Below are positions 49,656 to 57,752 of a stretch of 58,460 nucleotides of DNA, piece by piece (positions within the stretch are counted from its first letter, which is position 1; each line of letters begins with the position of its first letter). Origin of the DNA: Nitrospirota bacterium (lineage in GTDB: Bacteria > Nitrospirota > UBA9217). The DNA is taken from NCBI GenBank assembly GCA_035623825.1, contig DASPSR010000064.1, positions 1-58,460 on the forward strand, written 5' to 3'. The notes under the pieces were generated by a model. The model made no database searches. It was not told the origin of the DNA and was given only the letters and a program-made list of their open reading frames with translations. The position numbers were made by a program, and so were the translations under genes.

Positions 49656-50075
49656 ATGATGAACGAAAAAACCAAAGCATCGGAAGAACAGATGGCATAC
49701 GCAAGCGTCCTAAGTATCGGCATGTGGTTCGGTCTAGCCTTGCTTATCATCACGTTTATTGTTTACATATCAGGGGTCATCCCGAGCTTCGTTCCGATCG
49801 ATGATCTGCCGAAATACTGGGGAATGAGGGTCCACGATTTCAACCATACTCTCAACGCACCTACTGGCTGGCAATGGGCTGCACTGGTCGGAAAGGGCGA
49901 CTACCTCAATTTTGTAGGTATCGCGATCTTGTCGGGACTCACGATACTGTGCTACCTAGTGCTCCTGCCGATCCTGTTTAGGAAGAAGGATACGGCGTAC
50001 GTCGTTATTGCCATCGTGGAAGTGCTGGTGCTGTCTTTGGCGGCAAGCGGTCTCTTGAAAGCAGGCGGCCACTAA
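49656..50075 (+). CDS. Small membrane protein, TauE partner (DUF1634-like)
   Basis: Three hydrophobic segments, EV.VL.LAASG..GGH end; directly after tauE. Confidence 0.75.
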   Translation: MMNEKTKASEEQMAYASVLSIGMWFGLALLIITFIVYISGVIPSFVPIDDLPKYWGMRVHDFNHTLNAPTGWQWAALVGKGDYLNFVGIAILSGLTILCYLVLLPILFRKKDTAYVVIAIVEVLVLSLAASGLLKAGGH

Positions 50076-50102
50076 TTCACAAGTAAGTTGATAATGAGTA
50101 AT

Positions 50103-50128
50103 CAAGGGCGGCTTTTGAGCAGCCCTTG
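50103..50128 (+). terminator. Stem-loop after the tauE-DUF1634 pair
   Basis: CAAGGGCGGCT-TTTG-AGCAGCCCTTG; weak U-tract. Confidence 0.5.
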
Positions 50129-50161
50129 CTGTTGGTCTCTGGGTATGATTCATGACCGGGC

Positions 50162-50230
50162 CCTTGCGCTCCTCAACGATCCCGAAGAGCGGGTAAGAAA
50201 AAGCGCTGTTAAGTCCCTAGGGATGATCGG
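50162..50230 (+). pseudogene. 69-bp remnant of a second HEAT-repeat gene
   Basis: 63/69 identical to 47847-47915; five of the six differences are synonymous; ends exactly at the duplicated IS right end. Confidence 0.85.
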
Positions 50231-50261
50231 ATGAACTACCCGCCACTAAATTTATGCTGCG
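50231..50261 (-). repeat. Second copy of the IS605 right end
   Basis: atgaactacccgccactaaatttatgctgcg, 30/31 identical to 50448-50478. Confidence 0.92.
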
Positions 50262-50447
50262 TTTGATCGCTCCTTCTTTCTGAGATCCCACTTGTAAGAG
50301 GCTCTACCCATCGGACAGTCTCGCCCTTGTTAACTTTTTTCCAGTAATTCCCATGTACATTTCGTGTAAGAGCGCATGTCCGTGACCGTCCGTATCGCGG
50401 CTTCCTTCCTTGCTGTCGGCTTAGCCCCCGAATTGCTGTTTCTACAG

Positions 50448-50590
50448 ATGAACTACCCGCCACTATATTTATGCTGCGATTATAGTGGGGGTTTCACGGT
50501 TCAAAGAAGCTTGCAGCATAGCGGTTTCCCCGATATGCCGTCTTATGTGCCTCTCCCCGCGCATAACATCGGGCAGTCCCTGCCCTAGTG
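50448..50590 (-). ncRNA. Putative TnpB omegaRNA (reRNA) scaffold overlapping the tnpB 3' end
   Basis: Expected position for IS605 reRNA; hairpins GGGCAG-GGA-CTGCCC and CCACTATA..TATAGTGG. The 5' boundary is approximate. Confidence 0.6.
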
Positions 50591-51914
50591 GTGCCTTTTT
50601 CTTCAGCCTCATGGCCCTTTTCTTCGCCTTTACGGTAAATTCTCCGGCAATCAGTTTTGCGATCCCGCGTGATTTTATGACGCGGGCTGCGTTGATGTCG
50701 GCATTCTCCGTAAATCCGCAGCTCGTGCATTCGAACCCTGCCTGTGACAGGCGATTGTCCGGGTGAGTGTGCCCGCACCGGGAACACTCCTGCGATGTGC
50801 CATGTGGCGGTATCGACAGTACCAGTTTGTTGAGTCTTTGCGCTTTATAATTCGTGAATAGTTTTACTTTGCCCCACGCCGAATCAAGGATTGCTTTGCT
50901 CAAACCAGCCTTTGCCGCGGCGCCGTTCGGGAGATAGCCGCCATGGCCGTTTGGTTTCGGCTTCGGTTTTGCGGTCATGCCCTTTATGTTAAGGTCCTCG
51001 AAGAAGATCACCTCACAGCTCCCGTCCACGATCTTCCTGCTGGCCTGATGCGCGAAGTTCTTGCGGACGTTCATCGCGTACTCACTGCTCTTATGAGCTT
51101 CCCGGAGCGACCTCTTCCAGTTACCCGATCCTTTTGTTCTTCTGGCCATCTGCCTCTGGTATCTCTTCCTCCGGCGATCCTTTCTCGCCATTCGGAAGAG
51201 TTCGACCTTCTTGAATCCGTGGGTATCCCCGGTGCTTTCGGCAACAGGGATATACAATCCCCTGTCAAGTCCCACACTGACCTGCTCGAGTTCTTGCTTC
51301 CCCATGTGGCTGTACAGGTCTATCAGGACCTCTTTGGCCATTTCAGAGCCGGCCTTCTCAAAGGAGAAAGACACGTACCACTTGCCGCTATCCCGGGAGA
51401 CCGTTATAGTTGACGGGAGGTTGTACTCCACATGAGCTTTAAACCTTAGTTCTCCAAGGCCATGGCTCTTCGTCCTGAGCATCAATTTATGACCATAGAT
51501 GATTTTGCCGTTTCGCTTTCTCGTTCTCCCCGTTGGTTCAAACCTGAACAGCTCAGAGGTGAGCCATACGGTTTGTCGCCCCCTGTTTTTCCTGAACACC
51601 GGCCGGCTCGCCAACCCGGAGATAAACCGCTTGTACGCCATCATGAACCGGGTTGCCCCGTTCCTCAGAACCTGAGACGGCACTTCGAAGAGATGCGGGG
51701 TGAGGCTCCTGTCCTTGAAGTGCGAGTACTGCTGGTCAAAGGGGATATCTATCCCGGTGAGGGAAAGAGCCTTGTCCCTGAATTTCCTGAAGTAGCGCTC
51801 TTCGCCAACTTTCGCGTTGTAAATATACCGTTGGCAGTTCATCCAGAAAGTGAGGCTTCTCGCCTGCTCCTCGGTCGGGTAGCATCTGAATTTTACTCCG
51901 CTTGACAGCGCCAT
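50469..51914 (-). CDS. tnpB: RNA-guided endonuclease TnpB
   Basis: KFRCYPT HTH start, RuvC-I GLDRG, RuvC-II FEDL, zinc finger CSRC..CTSC, RuvC-III ADINAA; catalytic D-E-D intact. Start placed at ATG 51914. Confidence 0.95.
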   Translation of the reverse strand: MALSSGVKFRCYPTEEQARSLTFWMNCQRYIYNAKVGEERYFRKFRDKALSLTGIDIPFDQQYSHFKDRSLTPHLFEVPSQVLRNGATRFMMAYKRFISGLASRPVFRKNRGRQTVWLTSELFRFEPTGRTRKRNGKIIYGHKLMLRTKSHGLGELRFKAHVEYNLPSTITVSRDSGKWYVSFSFEKAGSEMAKEVLIDLYSHMGKQELEQVSVGLDRGLYIPVAESTGDTHGFKKVELFRMARKDRRRKRYQRQMARRTKGSGNWKRSLREAHKSSEYAMNVRKNFAHQASRKIVDGSCEVIFFEDLNIKGMTAKPKPKPNGHGGYLPNGAAAKAGLSKAILDSAWGKVKLFTNYKAQRLNKLVLSIPPHGTSQECSRCGHTHPDNRLSQAGFECTSCGFTENADINAARVIKSRGIAKLIAGEFTVKAKKRAMRLKKKAPLGQGLPDVMRGERHIRRHIGETAMLQASLNRETPTIIAA

Positions 51915-51937
51915 GATTCTATTGTATCTTAGGTCGC

Positions 51938-52381
51938 ATGGAAAATCAACCAAATAAATCATTGTCTCATGCGGTATATTTGATTAGGCTGCATATCGTA
52001 TTCGTCACAAAATACCGGAGAAAAGTTTTAAATGCCGAGATGCTTGCCTTCCTGAGGTCGGCATTTGCCGGCATACTCTCCGATTGGAGATGCGGCCTTA
52101 TTGAGTTCGGGGGCGAGGAGGACCATGTGCATATGCTGATCGATATCCATCCCGCGCTCAACATTTCGACACTTATCAACAATCTTAAATCAGCGAGTTC
52201 CAAACGTTTGCGCCGACAGTTTGCGGAACACATCAAGATGTTCTACTCTAAACCCGTCTTCTGGCACAGGGCCTACTATGTGGGAAGCGTCGGCAATGTT
52301 TCGCTGGAAGTCGTTCGCGACTACATCGACCGGCAGGGATCACCGGACAGACCCAGAAAGAAATCCAACCAATCCGCTTGA
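51938..52381 (+). CDS. tnpA: IS200/IS605 Y1 (HUH) transposase TnpA
   Basis: HIVFVTKYRR, EEDHVH (HUH), FW...YY.GSVG, catalytic Y-I-x-x-Q (YIDRQ). Confidence 0.95.
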   Translation: MENQPNKSLSHAVYLIRLHIVFVTKYRRKVLNAEMLAFLRSAFAGILSDWRCGLIEFGGEEDHVHMLIDIHPALNISTLINNLKSASSKRLRRQFAEHIKMFYSKPVFWHRAYYVGSVGNVSLEVVRDYIDRQGSPDRPRKKSNQSA

Positions 52382-52542
52382 CCCTCTCCTGGCGATCTAC
52401 GCCTGGCAGGGGGATTGCGCGGATGTATTAGTTCAAAACCTCTTTTGCCCAATCATTAAAGATTAGCAGCAAAAATGCCGATAACACTAGTTGAAAAGCC
52501 TTAAAGACGGTTAAAGCTACGGGGTCCCTCAAGGGAGGCTAT

Positions 52543-53391
52543 ATGTTCAATAAAACATTACTTTTTCTTTTTGTTTGTCTGCCTCTTCTTTTTAATTGTG
52601 CAGCGCATCATCAGCCAGAAAATTCTCGAATTTTGTCTTCTCATTATCTAATACCCGTATATCGGACCGGGCTTGATGTCAAAGAAGCCCAAGGCGGATT
52701 ATCCATCGAGTCTGTTGATGCCGATTCTCCTGCGAAGGACGCCGGCATCCAACCAGAAGATTTGATCGTAGCGGTCAATGGCAATAGAATCTCGCATAAG
52801 GAATTCCTGAAATTGATGCAGCTGAACAGGGGGGAGGATGTCCACTTCGCAGTAAATCGTTATAACGAAATATTGGATTTTACGATCACACCGAAACTGT
52901 ATTTCAATTCGCCACCGTCTGTTTACATGATATACGAACTTTCGGTCATCGATGAGCAGAAGGTCAATCTGGCTGTCATTGTAACCGATGTAAAGAACAA
53001 TACAAGCGAAGATAACTACTCATGGGAAGAAAACACGAGAAATCAGCTGCAGAGGGACATCGAAAATAATGTGCTCAATAATTTGGACAGCCAAGACGGG
53101 GTATCATTTGTTGATAGATCGCGCCTTGAAGAAATCATCGACGGATATAAGATGAACATGACAGGACTTATTTCAGATAACGCAAGAGCAACAATCGGCA
53201 AAACGACCGGTGCCACTCATATACTCGCGACCACCTTCGCTCGCAATCCGAAGAAAGTAAATGACACTGAAAGTTGCGAGGATACAATAACAGGAAGGCT
53301 GATGGAGGTAGGAAGCGGCAAAGTCCTTGCGGTCGATCAAAGCACTTCAGATTGCAAGCCGGCATTTCTATATACATACAGCAAACGATGA
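52543..53391 (+). CDS. Lipoprotein with PDZ domain and CsgG/HfaB-like domain
   Basis: Lipobox LLFN-C; PDZ SPAKDAGIQPEDLIVAVNG; CsgG-like FVDRSRL..TGLI....IGKTTGA. Confidence 0.75.
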   Translation: MFNKTLLFLFVCLPLLFNCAAHHQPENSRILSSHYLIPVYRTGLDVKEAQGGLSIESVDADSPAKDAGIQPEDLIVAVNGNRISHKEFLKLMQLNRGEDVHFAVNRYNEILDFTITPKLYFNSPPSVYMIYELSVIDEQKVNLAVIVTDVKNNTSEDNYSWEENTRNQLQRDIENNVLNNLDSQDGVSFVDRSRLEEIIDGYKMNMTGLISDNARATIGKTTGATHILATTFARNPKKVNDTESCEDTITGRLMEVGSGKVLAVDQSTSDCKPAFLYTYSKR

Positions 53392-53648
53392 TCCCTAGGA
53401 TGCAGAAACAATGCTGCTTCGGGATGGGCAAAAGGGCGCCCGGACTACGAAGCAAGTCATGATCTTAGGAGAAAGACGGTCCACACCGCTTCATAGCATC
53501 ACCCGACTCGGTGACCAAGAACTGCATCGGCTACAATTCGCGCCCCATATTCTCCTGAAACAGCAGCGTCATGCGGCGTGTGTTTTTTACATTGGCCGGC
53601 ACGAAATGAACTTTAAGGTCTCGATCAGGGAATATCCTGCTTTTGCGG

Positions 53649-54683
53649 CTATTTCAGAAAGAGAAATTCAGCAACGTAGAGAAGAAGCAGTACGAACCAT
53701 CCGCCGAGAATGATGAATTCGAGGGTGGCGCGATACGACACACTGAAGTTTTCCGTTGCCATGGTGTAGACGTCCTCGAGTGTGTCGAGCTTTTCCTTGA
53801 TCTCGGCTTTCCAGCTGTCGAGATGAAACTTCTTCGATATCAGGGAATAGAGCTTTGCAGAGTACCAGTCCCCGATCAACTTGATGTTCCGCTCCACGGC
53901 TTCCGATTCGAGGATGGACTGGGTCCGTATCTCGATGATCTCTTTGAGCACCCTCCTCACCTCTCCGGAACTGATAATCGGCATCCGCTTCGGCGCCCTC
54001 GTCAGATGAAGGGTCTTTTCCAGCCGTTCATCGAGATCGTCGTCGAGCATGCGGGACTTAAGGAGCTGGAGGTTCGCAATCTCAAACAGCTCGATATTGC
54101 TATCGAAATCCCCGGCAGAATCGAATATGAACGCGCCGTCCCAATCCACGATCGTGATATCGTCCTTCCCGTATTTGAGATAGGACGACAGCGTGGCCTG
54201 CACCTCTTCCTCGTCGAGAGGCATCCTTTCGTTCTTGAGGAAGGCGGCGATCTTTTCTCCATACATGGACAGATAGACTTCGGGGTCGCCGCTGTAGCCC
54301 GAGATGCAGTACACGCCATACTCCTCGTCGAATTCGCGGTTGCAGGTGAACTCTTCCAGGATCTTTCTGCATTCGCCGGTGAGTGAGCGTTTGAATTCCA
54401 GAGTGGCGTCGGACAGGAGATCCTCCATGTCGAGGGACGCTTCAACCACGACTGCATCCGGCAGATATGCCTTCACAAGGAATCCGACCTCGATGCCGTC
54501 GACATCGCGTTTTTCGAGCCTGATGATCTTCTGCTTGGGGATGACATCGAGGTAGCTGGGGGCGCTCTTTATTGCCTTGACCTCGACGACCTCCGTCGTC
54601 TCAAGGTTCGTATCGGTCTGGCCGATGAGGAACACCACGAGCCTGCCAGGCATCATTTTCGTTTCCGGTTCCACAGCGCTCAC
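53649..54683 (-). CDS. Hypothetical protein, RMD1/DUF155-like, with C-terminal TM helix
   Basis: Long ORF with acidic soluble domain, IGDWYSAKLY..FHL..W, terminal LEFII.. TM helix. Confidence 0.65.
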   Translation of the reverse strand: MSAVEPETKMMPGRLVVFLIGQTDTNLETTEVVEVKAIKSAPSYLDVIPKQKIIRLEKRDVDGIEVGFLVKAYLPDAVVVEASLDMEDLLSDATLEFKRSLTGECRKILEEFTCNREFDEEYGVYCISGYSGDPEVYLSMYGEKIAAFLKNERMPLDEEEVQATLSSYLKYGKDDITIVDWDGAFIFDSAGDFDSNIELFEIANLQLLKSRMLDDDLDERLEKTLHLTRAPKRMPIISSGEVRRVLKEIIEIRTQSILESEAVERNIKLIGDWYSAKLYSLISKKFHLDSWKAEIKEKLDTLEDVYTMATENFSVSYRATLEFIILGGWFVLLLLYVAEFLFLK

Positions 54684-54759
54684 ATTCTCCTTGGCATGAT
54701 TATATCATGCAATGAGTCTGCATCACCGCATGTCCGTCTCATGCCTTCCCTTCCTGTTC

Positions 54760-55290
54760 TCAGGGTAACTCATTTGCCTCACTCAGTTTCTCTTCCGGGA
54801 CTTCCGGGGCATAGGGAAACTCTTGCGCTCTGAATGCCTGGGCTGCGAAGATCAAAAGCGAGATGAGGCCCCATGCCAGGCCCACGACCACGCCCGCGTC
54901 CACGATCCCCCTCCAGGGCTGGGGCAGGAGCCGTACAAGGATGACAAGCGCGATGATGCCCAATGTCACCGAGATGGATGTAACCCGCCGCCTCTTTGGC
55001 GCGTGAAAGTAACCCATGCAGAACAGCGGGGCAAGAATCAAGTGGAGATTATTACGGTGAGTGCGCAGATACCGGGCGCGCGCCGCGACACGCGGGGAAA
55101 ATCCCTTCTGGAACGCGCGATAACCCTCGGCATAGGCCATGAAGAAGAGGACAAGCGCCAGGAAAACCCAATGATACCATAGCATCTCATAGGTAAAAGC
55201 CTGCACTGCCAAAGGTGTCAGTCTATACACAGCGCTCCCGAGCAGCAGAATGACCCCCATTAGCCCCCAAAGCGCGCCAATCATTCCCAT
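54760..55290 (-). CDS. Hypothetical integral membrane protein
   Basis: AGGAGGGG RBS before ATG 55290; about four TM helices; EGYRAFQKGFSPR. Confidence 0.75.
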   Translation of the reverse strand: MGMIGALWGLMGVILLLGSAVYRLTPLAVQAFTYEMLWYHWVFLALVLFFMAYAEGYRAFQKGFSPRVAARARYLRTHRNNLHLILAPLFCMGYFHAPKRRRVTSISVTLGIIALVILVRLLPQPWRGIVDAGVVVGLAWGLISLLIFAAQAFRAQEFPYAPEVPEEKLSEANELP

Positions 55291-55369
55291 CAGCGTATTC
55301 CCCCTCCTGTAAAATATAATCAACAATTAGCTGTTCGCAAAATCGATCCGGAATCAATGAAACAAAGCG

Positions 55370-55879
55370 CTATCTGCCCACTGCTTTCAGGATGCCCTGG
55401 AGCAGGGCCGTAGGCGTCGGCGGGCATCCGGGGATGCGTGCGTCCACCGGGATGACCTTTTCGATCCCGCCCAAAGACGCGTAGCTCTCTCCGAATATGC
55501 CACCTGTGCATGCGCAGTCTCCCACGGCAACAACCAGTTTCGGAGGAGGCGTGGCATTATAGGTCCTCCTAAGAGCGATCTCCATGTTGTGTGAGACCGG
55601 TCCCGTGACCAGCAACATGTCCGCGAAACGCGGAGAGGCGGTGAAATGAATGCCGAAGCGCTCACAGTTGTAGATGGGATTGTTGATAGCGTGGATCTCG
55701 AGCTCGCATGCATTGCACGAGCCGGCATCCACCTGCCGGATGGCGAGGCTTCTCCTGAAATGCCGTTTGATAATTTTTCCCAGCTCGACGCCTATCTTCT
55801 CGATCTCCGGGTCGGTAACTGGAGGAAGCGGCTCGGTGACGATGCCGGTCCGGAATATCTGACCAAGGATCCGTATCAT
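55370..55879 (-). CDS. NuoB/HycG-family Fe-S small subunit (Ehr-type)
   Basis: DAGSCNACE, ASPRFAD, GDCA, PGCPP: all four [4Fe-4S] Cys ligands present. Confidence 0.92.
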   Translation of the reverse strand: MIRILGQIFRTGIVTEPLPPVTDPEIEKIGVELGKIIKRHFRRSLAIRQVDAGSCNACELEIHAINNPIYNCERFGIHFTASPRFADMLLVTGPVSHNMEIALRRTYNATPPPKLVVAVGDCACTGGIFGESYASLGGIEKVIPVDARIPGCPPTPTALLQGILKAVGR

Positions 55880-55950
55880 AAGGCTCCTAGATAAAGTTCA
55901 TGTCAAAACGACATCAAGTTACTGCAATGTCGCAAAGGACTCGAGATCCA

Positions 55951-57522
55951 TCATAGATCATGTCCCGAATACGACTGATTAAAGCTCTTGTTGCACAGCG
56001 GAAAGTCGGGAACGATGTTCCCGTGTATGCACTGCTCAAGCCCCAGCCAGTTCACGCTCGACGGGTCCCTGACCATGCATCGGTTTATCTCACCTTTTAG
56101 ACCTGACTGGACCCAGTAGATGACCTCGCCGCGCCAGCCTTCTACCGCCGCGAAACCCGCCCTGTCCGGCATGGGCGAGCCGACAGATGCGGCAATCTCG
56201 CCATCCGGAAGGGTTTTCAGTATCTCCCGGATGATCCGCATGGAGTCCCTGACCTCTTCCACTCTGACCCACGCCCGGGCATGGACATCGCCTGAGACGA
56301 GAATTGGGATGCTCACGTTGATGCGGTCATAGGGAGGAAACGGGTGGTGAATACGGCAGTCAAGGTTCAGCCCGCTTGCACGCGCAACGAAACCCACGAC
56401 GCAGAGTTCCCGCGCCTTCTCCGATTTGAGGATGCCCGTATCCCTTACCCGGTCCTCGACTGAGGAATTTTCATCGTAGATGACCACGAGCCGCTCGAAT
56501 TCCTTCTCCAGCCAGTCCAGCTCCGAGAGGATTGTCGTTACGCCGTCCGCATCGATGTCGAAAGTCGTTCCGCCTGGTACGATTCTGTCCATCATGAACC
56601 GGTGGCCGAAGAGCTTGAGATTCGTACGCAGAAACATCTCTTTGAGCCGCATGAACTGGTACAGGAGGATCGCGAATGCAACATCATTACAGATGGCGCC
56701 CAGGTCGCCGAGGTGGTTCGCGATGCGCTCGCGTTCGAGGAACAGGGCCCTGAGCCACAGCGCCCGGTCAGGAGGGATGCATCCGGTCAGGGCCTCCACT
56801 GCCTGCGAGTAGGCCAAACTGTGAGCGACGGTGGTGTCGCCGGACGTCCTTGCCGCCAGGCGTGAAGCCTCATGCCACGAGAAAGCCTCGAACCTCTTTT
56901 CGATCCCTTTGTGAACATAACCCAACTTCTCTTCCAGATTGATTATGTCTTCCCCCACGGCCTGAAATCGGAAATGGCCCGGCTCGATGATGCCTGCGTG
57001 CACGGGCCCTACTGGGATCTCGTAGACGCCCTCTCCCTCTGCCCGTATCCAGCGGTACTCACCGGGAACCCGCGGGAGCGATTTCGACGCATCAAATGAC
57101 TTCCTGAGCGGCCAGGCATCTTCTGGCCAGTCTTCATGTTTTATCCATGGCCGCTGGTCGGGATGGCCGATGGCAGTCACACCCATCAGGCTACTTATCT
57201 GCCGTTCGAACCGGTAGGCGGGGACGAATTTTTTAGTGAGGCTGGGGAAGGTGGGATCATCGGCTGGTGCAGATGTTTTCACGATGAGATATTCCGATTC
57301 CTTGCGGTAGCAGGCGTAGATCCCGAAGCCTTTTCCCAAAAGGGTTTCATCCGTAGCCCACTCGGCCGCAAGCAAGGCATATTCCTTCTTGAGCGCCTTT
57401 GCCGCTTCCGCGAACCGCTCCCTCGGCACGAGGAACGCGGCTATAGAGGAAGGCTGCTGCCCTTCTATTTGGGTGGCGCTCTCCCCAAATGCTGATCGTA
57501 AAGTTTCTTCCAGTTTGCTCAT
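55951..57522 (-). CDS. HycE/NuoCD-family large subunit without NiFe ligands (Ehr-type)
   Basis: FERQI..GHPD (NuoC-like part), GPVHAGIIEPGHFRF, HKGIE, ERIANHL, EGWRGE. L1 reads RTSGDTTVAH and L2 reads NKSFNQSYSGHDL, with no CxxC. Start placed at ATG 57522. Confidence 0.9.
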   Translation of the reverse strand: MSKLEETLRSAFGESATQIEGQQPSSIAAFLVPRERFAEAAKALKKEYALLAAEWATDETLLGKGFGIYACYRKESEYLIVKTSAPADDPTFPSLTKKFVPAYRFERQISSLMGVTAIGHPDQRPWIKHEDWPEDAWPLRKSFDASKSLPRVPGEYRWIRAEGEGVYEIPVGPVHAGIIEPGHFRFQAVGEDIINLEEKLGYVHKGIEKRFEAFSWHEASRLAARTSGDTTVAHSLAYSQAVEALTGCIPPDRALWLRALFLERERIANHLGDLGAICNDVAFAILLYQFMRLKEMFLRTNLKLFGHRFMMDRIVPGGTTFDIDADGVTTILSELDWLEKEFERLVVIYDENSSVEDRVRDTGILKSEKARELCVVGFVARASGLNLDCRIHHPFPPYDRINVSIPILVSGDVHARAWVRVEEVRDSMRIIREILKTLPDGEIAASVGSPMPDRAGFAAVEGWRGEVIYWVQSGLKGEINRCMVRDPSSVNWLGLEQCIHGNIVPDFPLCNKSFNQSYSGHDL

Positions 57523-57752
57523 GATAAGAAGGATAAAGTTCAAAATCCAAATATCAAGTCTATGTTCATAAGGATAAGGTGTCCTGGACGCTATCTGCGT
57601 CGACAATTGCTGTAAACACAACTCTTGACATCTTTCACCTGGGAATATTGCATTCTAACAAGATCGAGTTCTGTGAATTACCTATATTGCTGCAATTTCA
57701 GTCAGAGATCATTGACTACTGGTTGAACATTGCACATAACGCCCCGATAGAG

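Larger units (their letters stand above)
50448..52431 (-). mobile_element. IS200/IS605-family element with divergent tnpA and tnpB
   Basis: Right end ..GCGGGTAGTTCAT with hairpin CCACTATA/TATAGTGG. Left-end hairpin at 52382-52413, preceded on the minus strand by TTGAA (52432-52436). No TIRs or TSD, as expected for Y1 elements. Confidence 0.9.

Noticed and set aside
48682-49704. 340-aa minus-strand ORF
   Set aside because: Antisense shadow of the GC-rich tauE gene; His/Arg-rich composition typical of non-coding frames.
50236-50463. 75-aa ORF between the two IS right ends
   Set aside because: Starts and ends inside the repeated IS ends, with no RBS and no recognisable domain.
50231-50478. CRISPR array (two 31-nt repeats next to a Cas12-related nuclease)
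   Set aside because: Only two copies, a 186-nt spacer, and the repeat is the IS right end. Reported as a duplicated end instead.
53643-54386. 247-aa plus-strand ORF
   Set aside because: Antisense to the better-supported 53649-54683 gene.
55951-57522. Functional [NiFe] hydrogenase (HycE) large subunit
   Set aside because: Both CxxC metal-binding motifs are absent and no maturation genes are present in the window.
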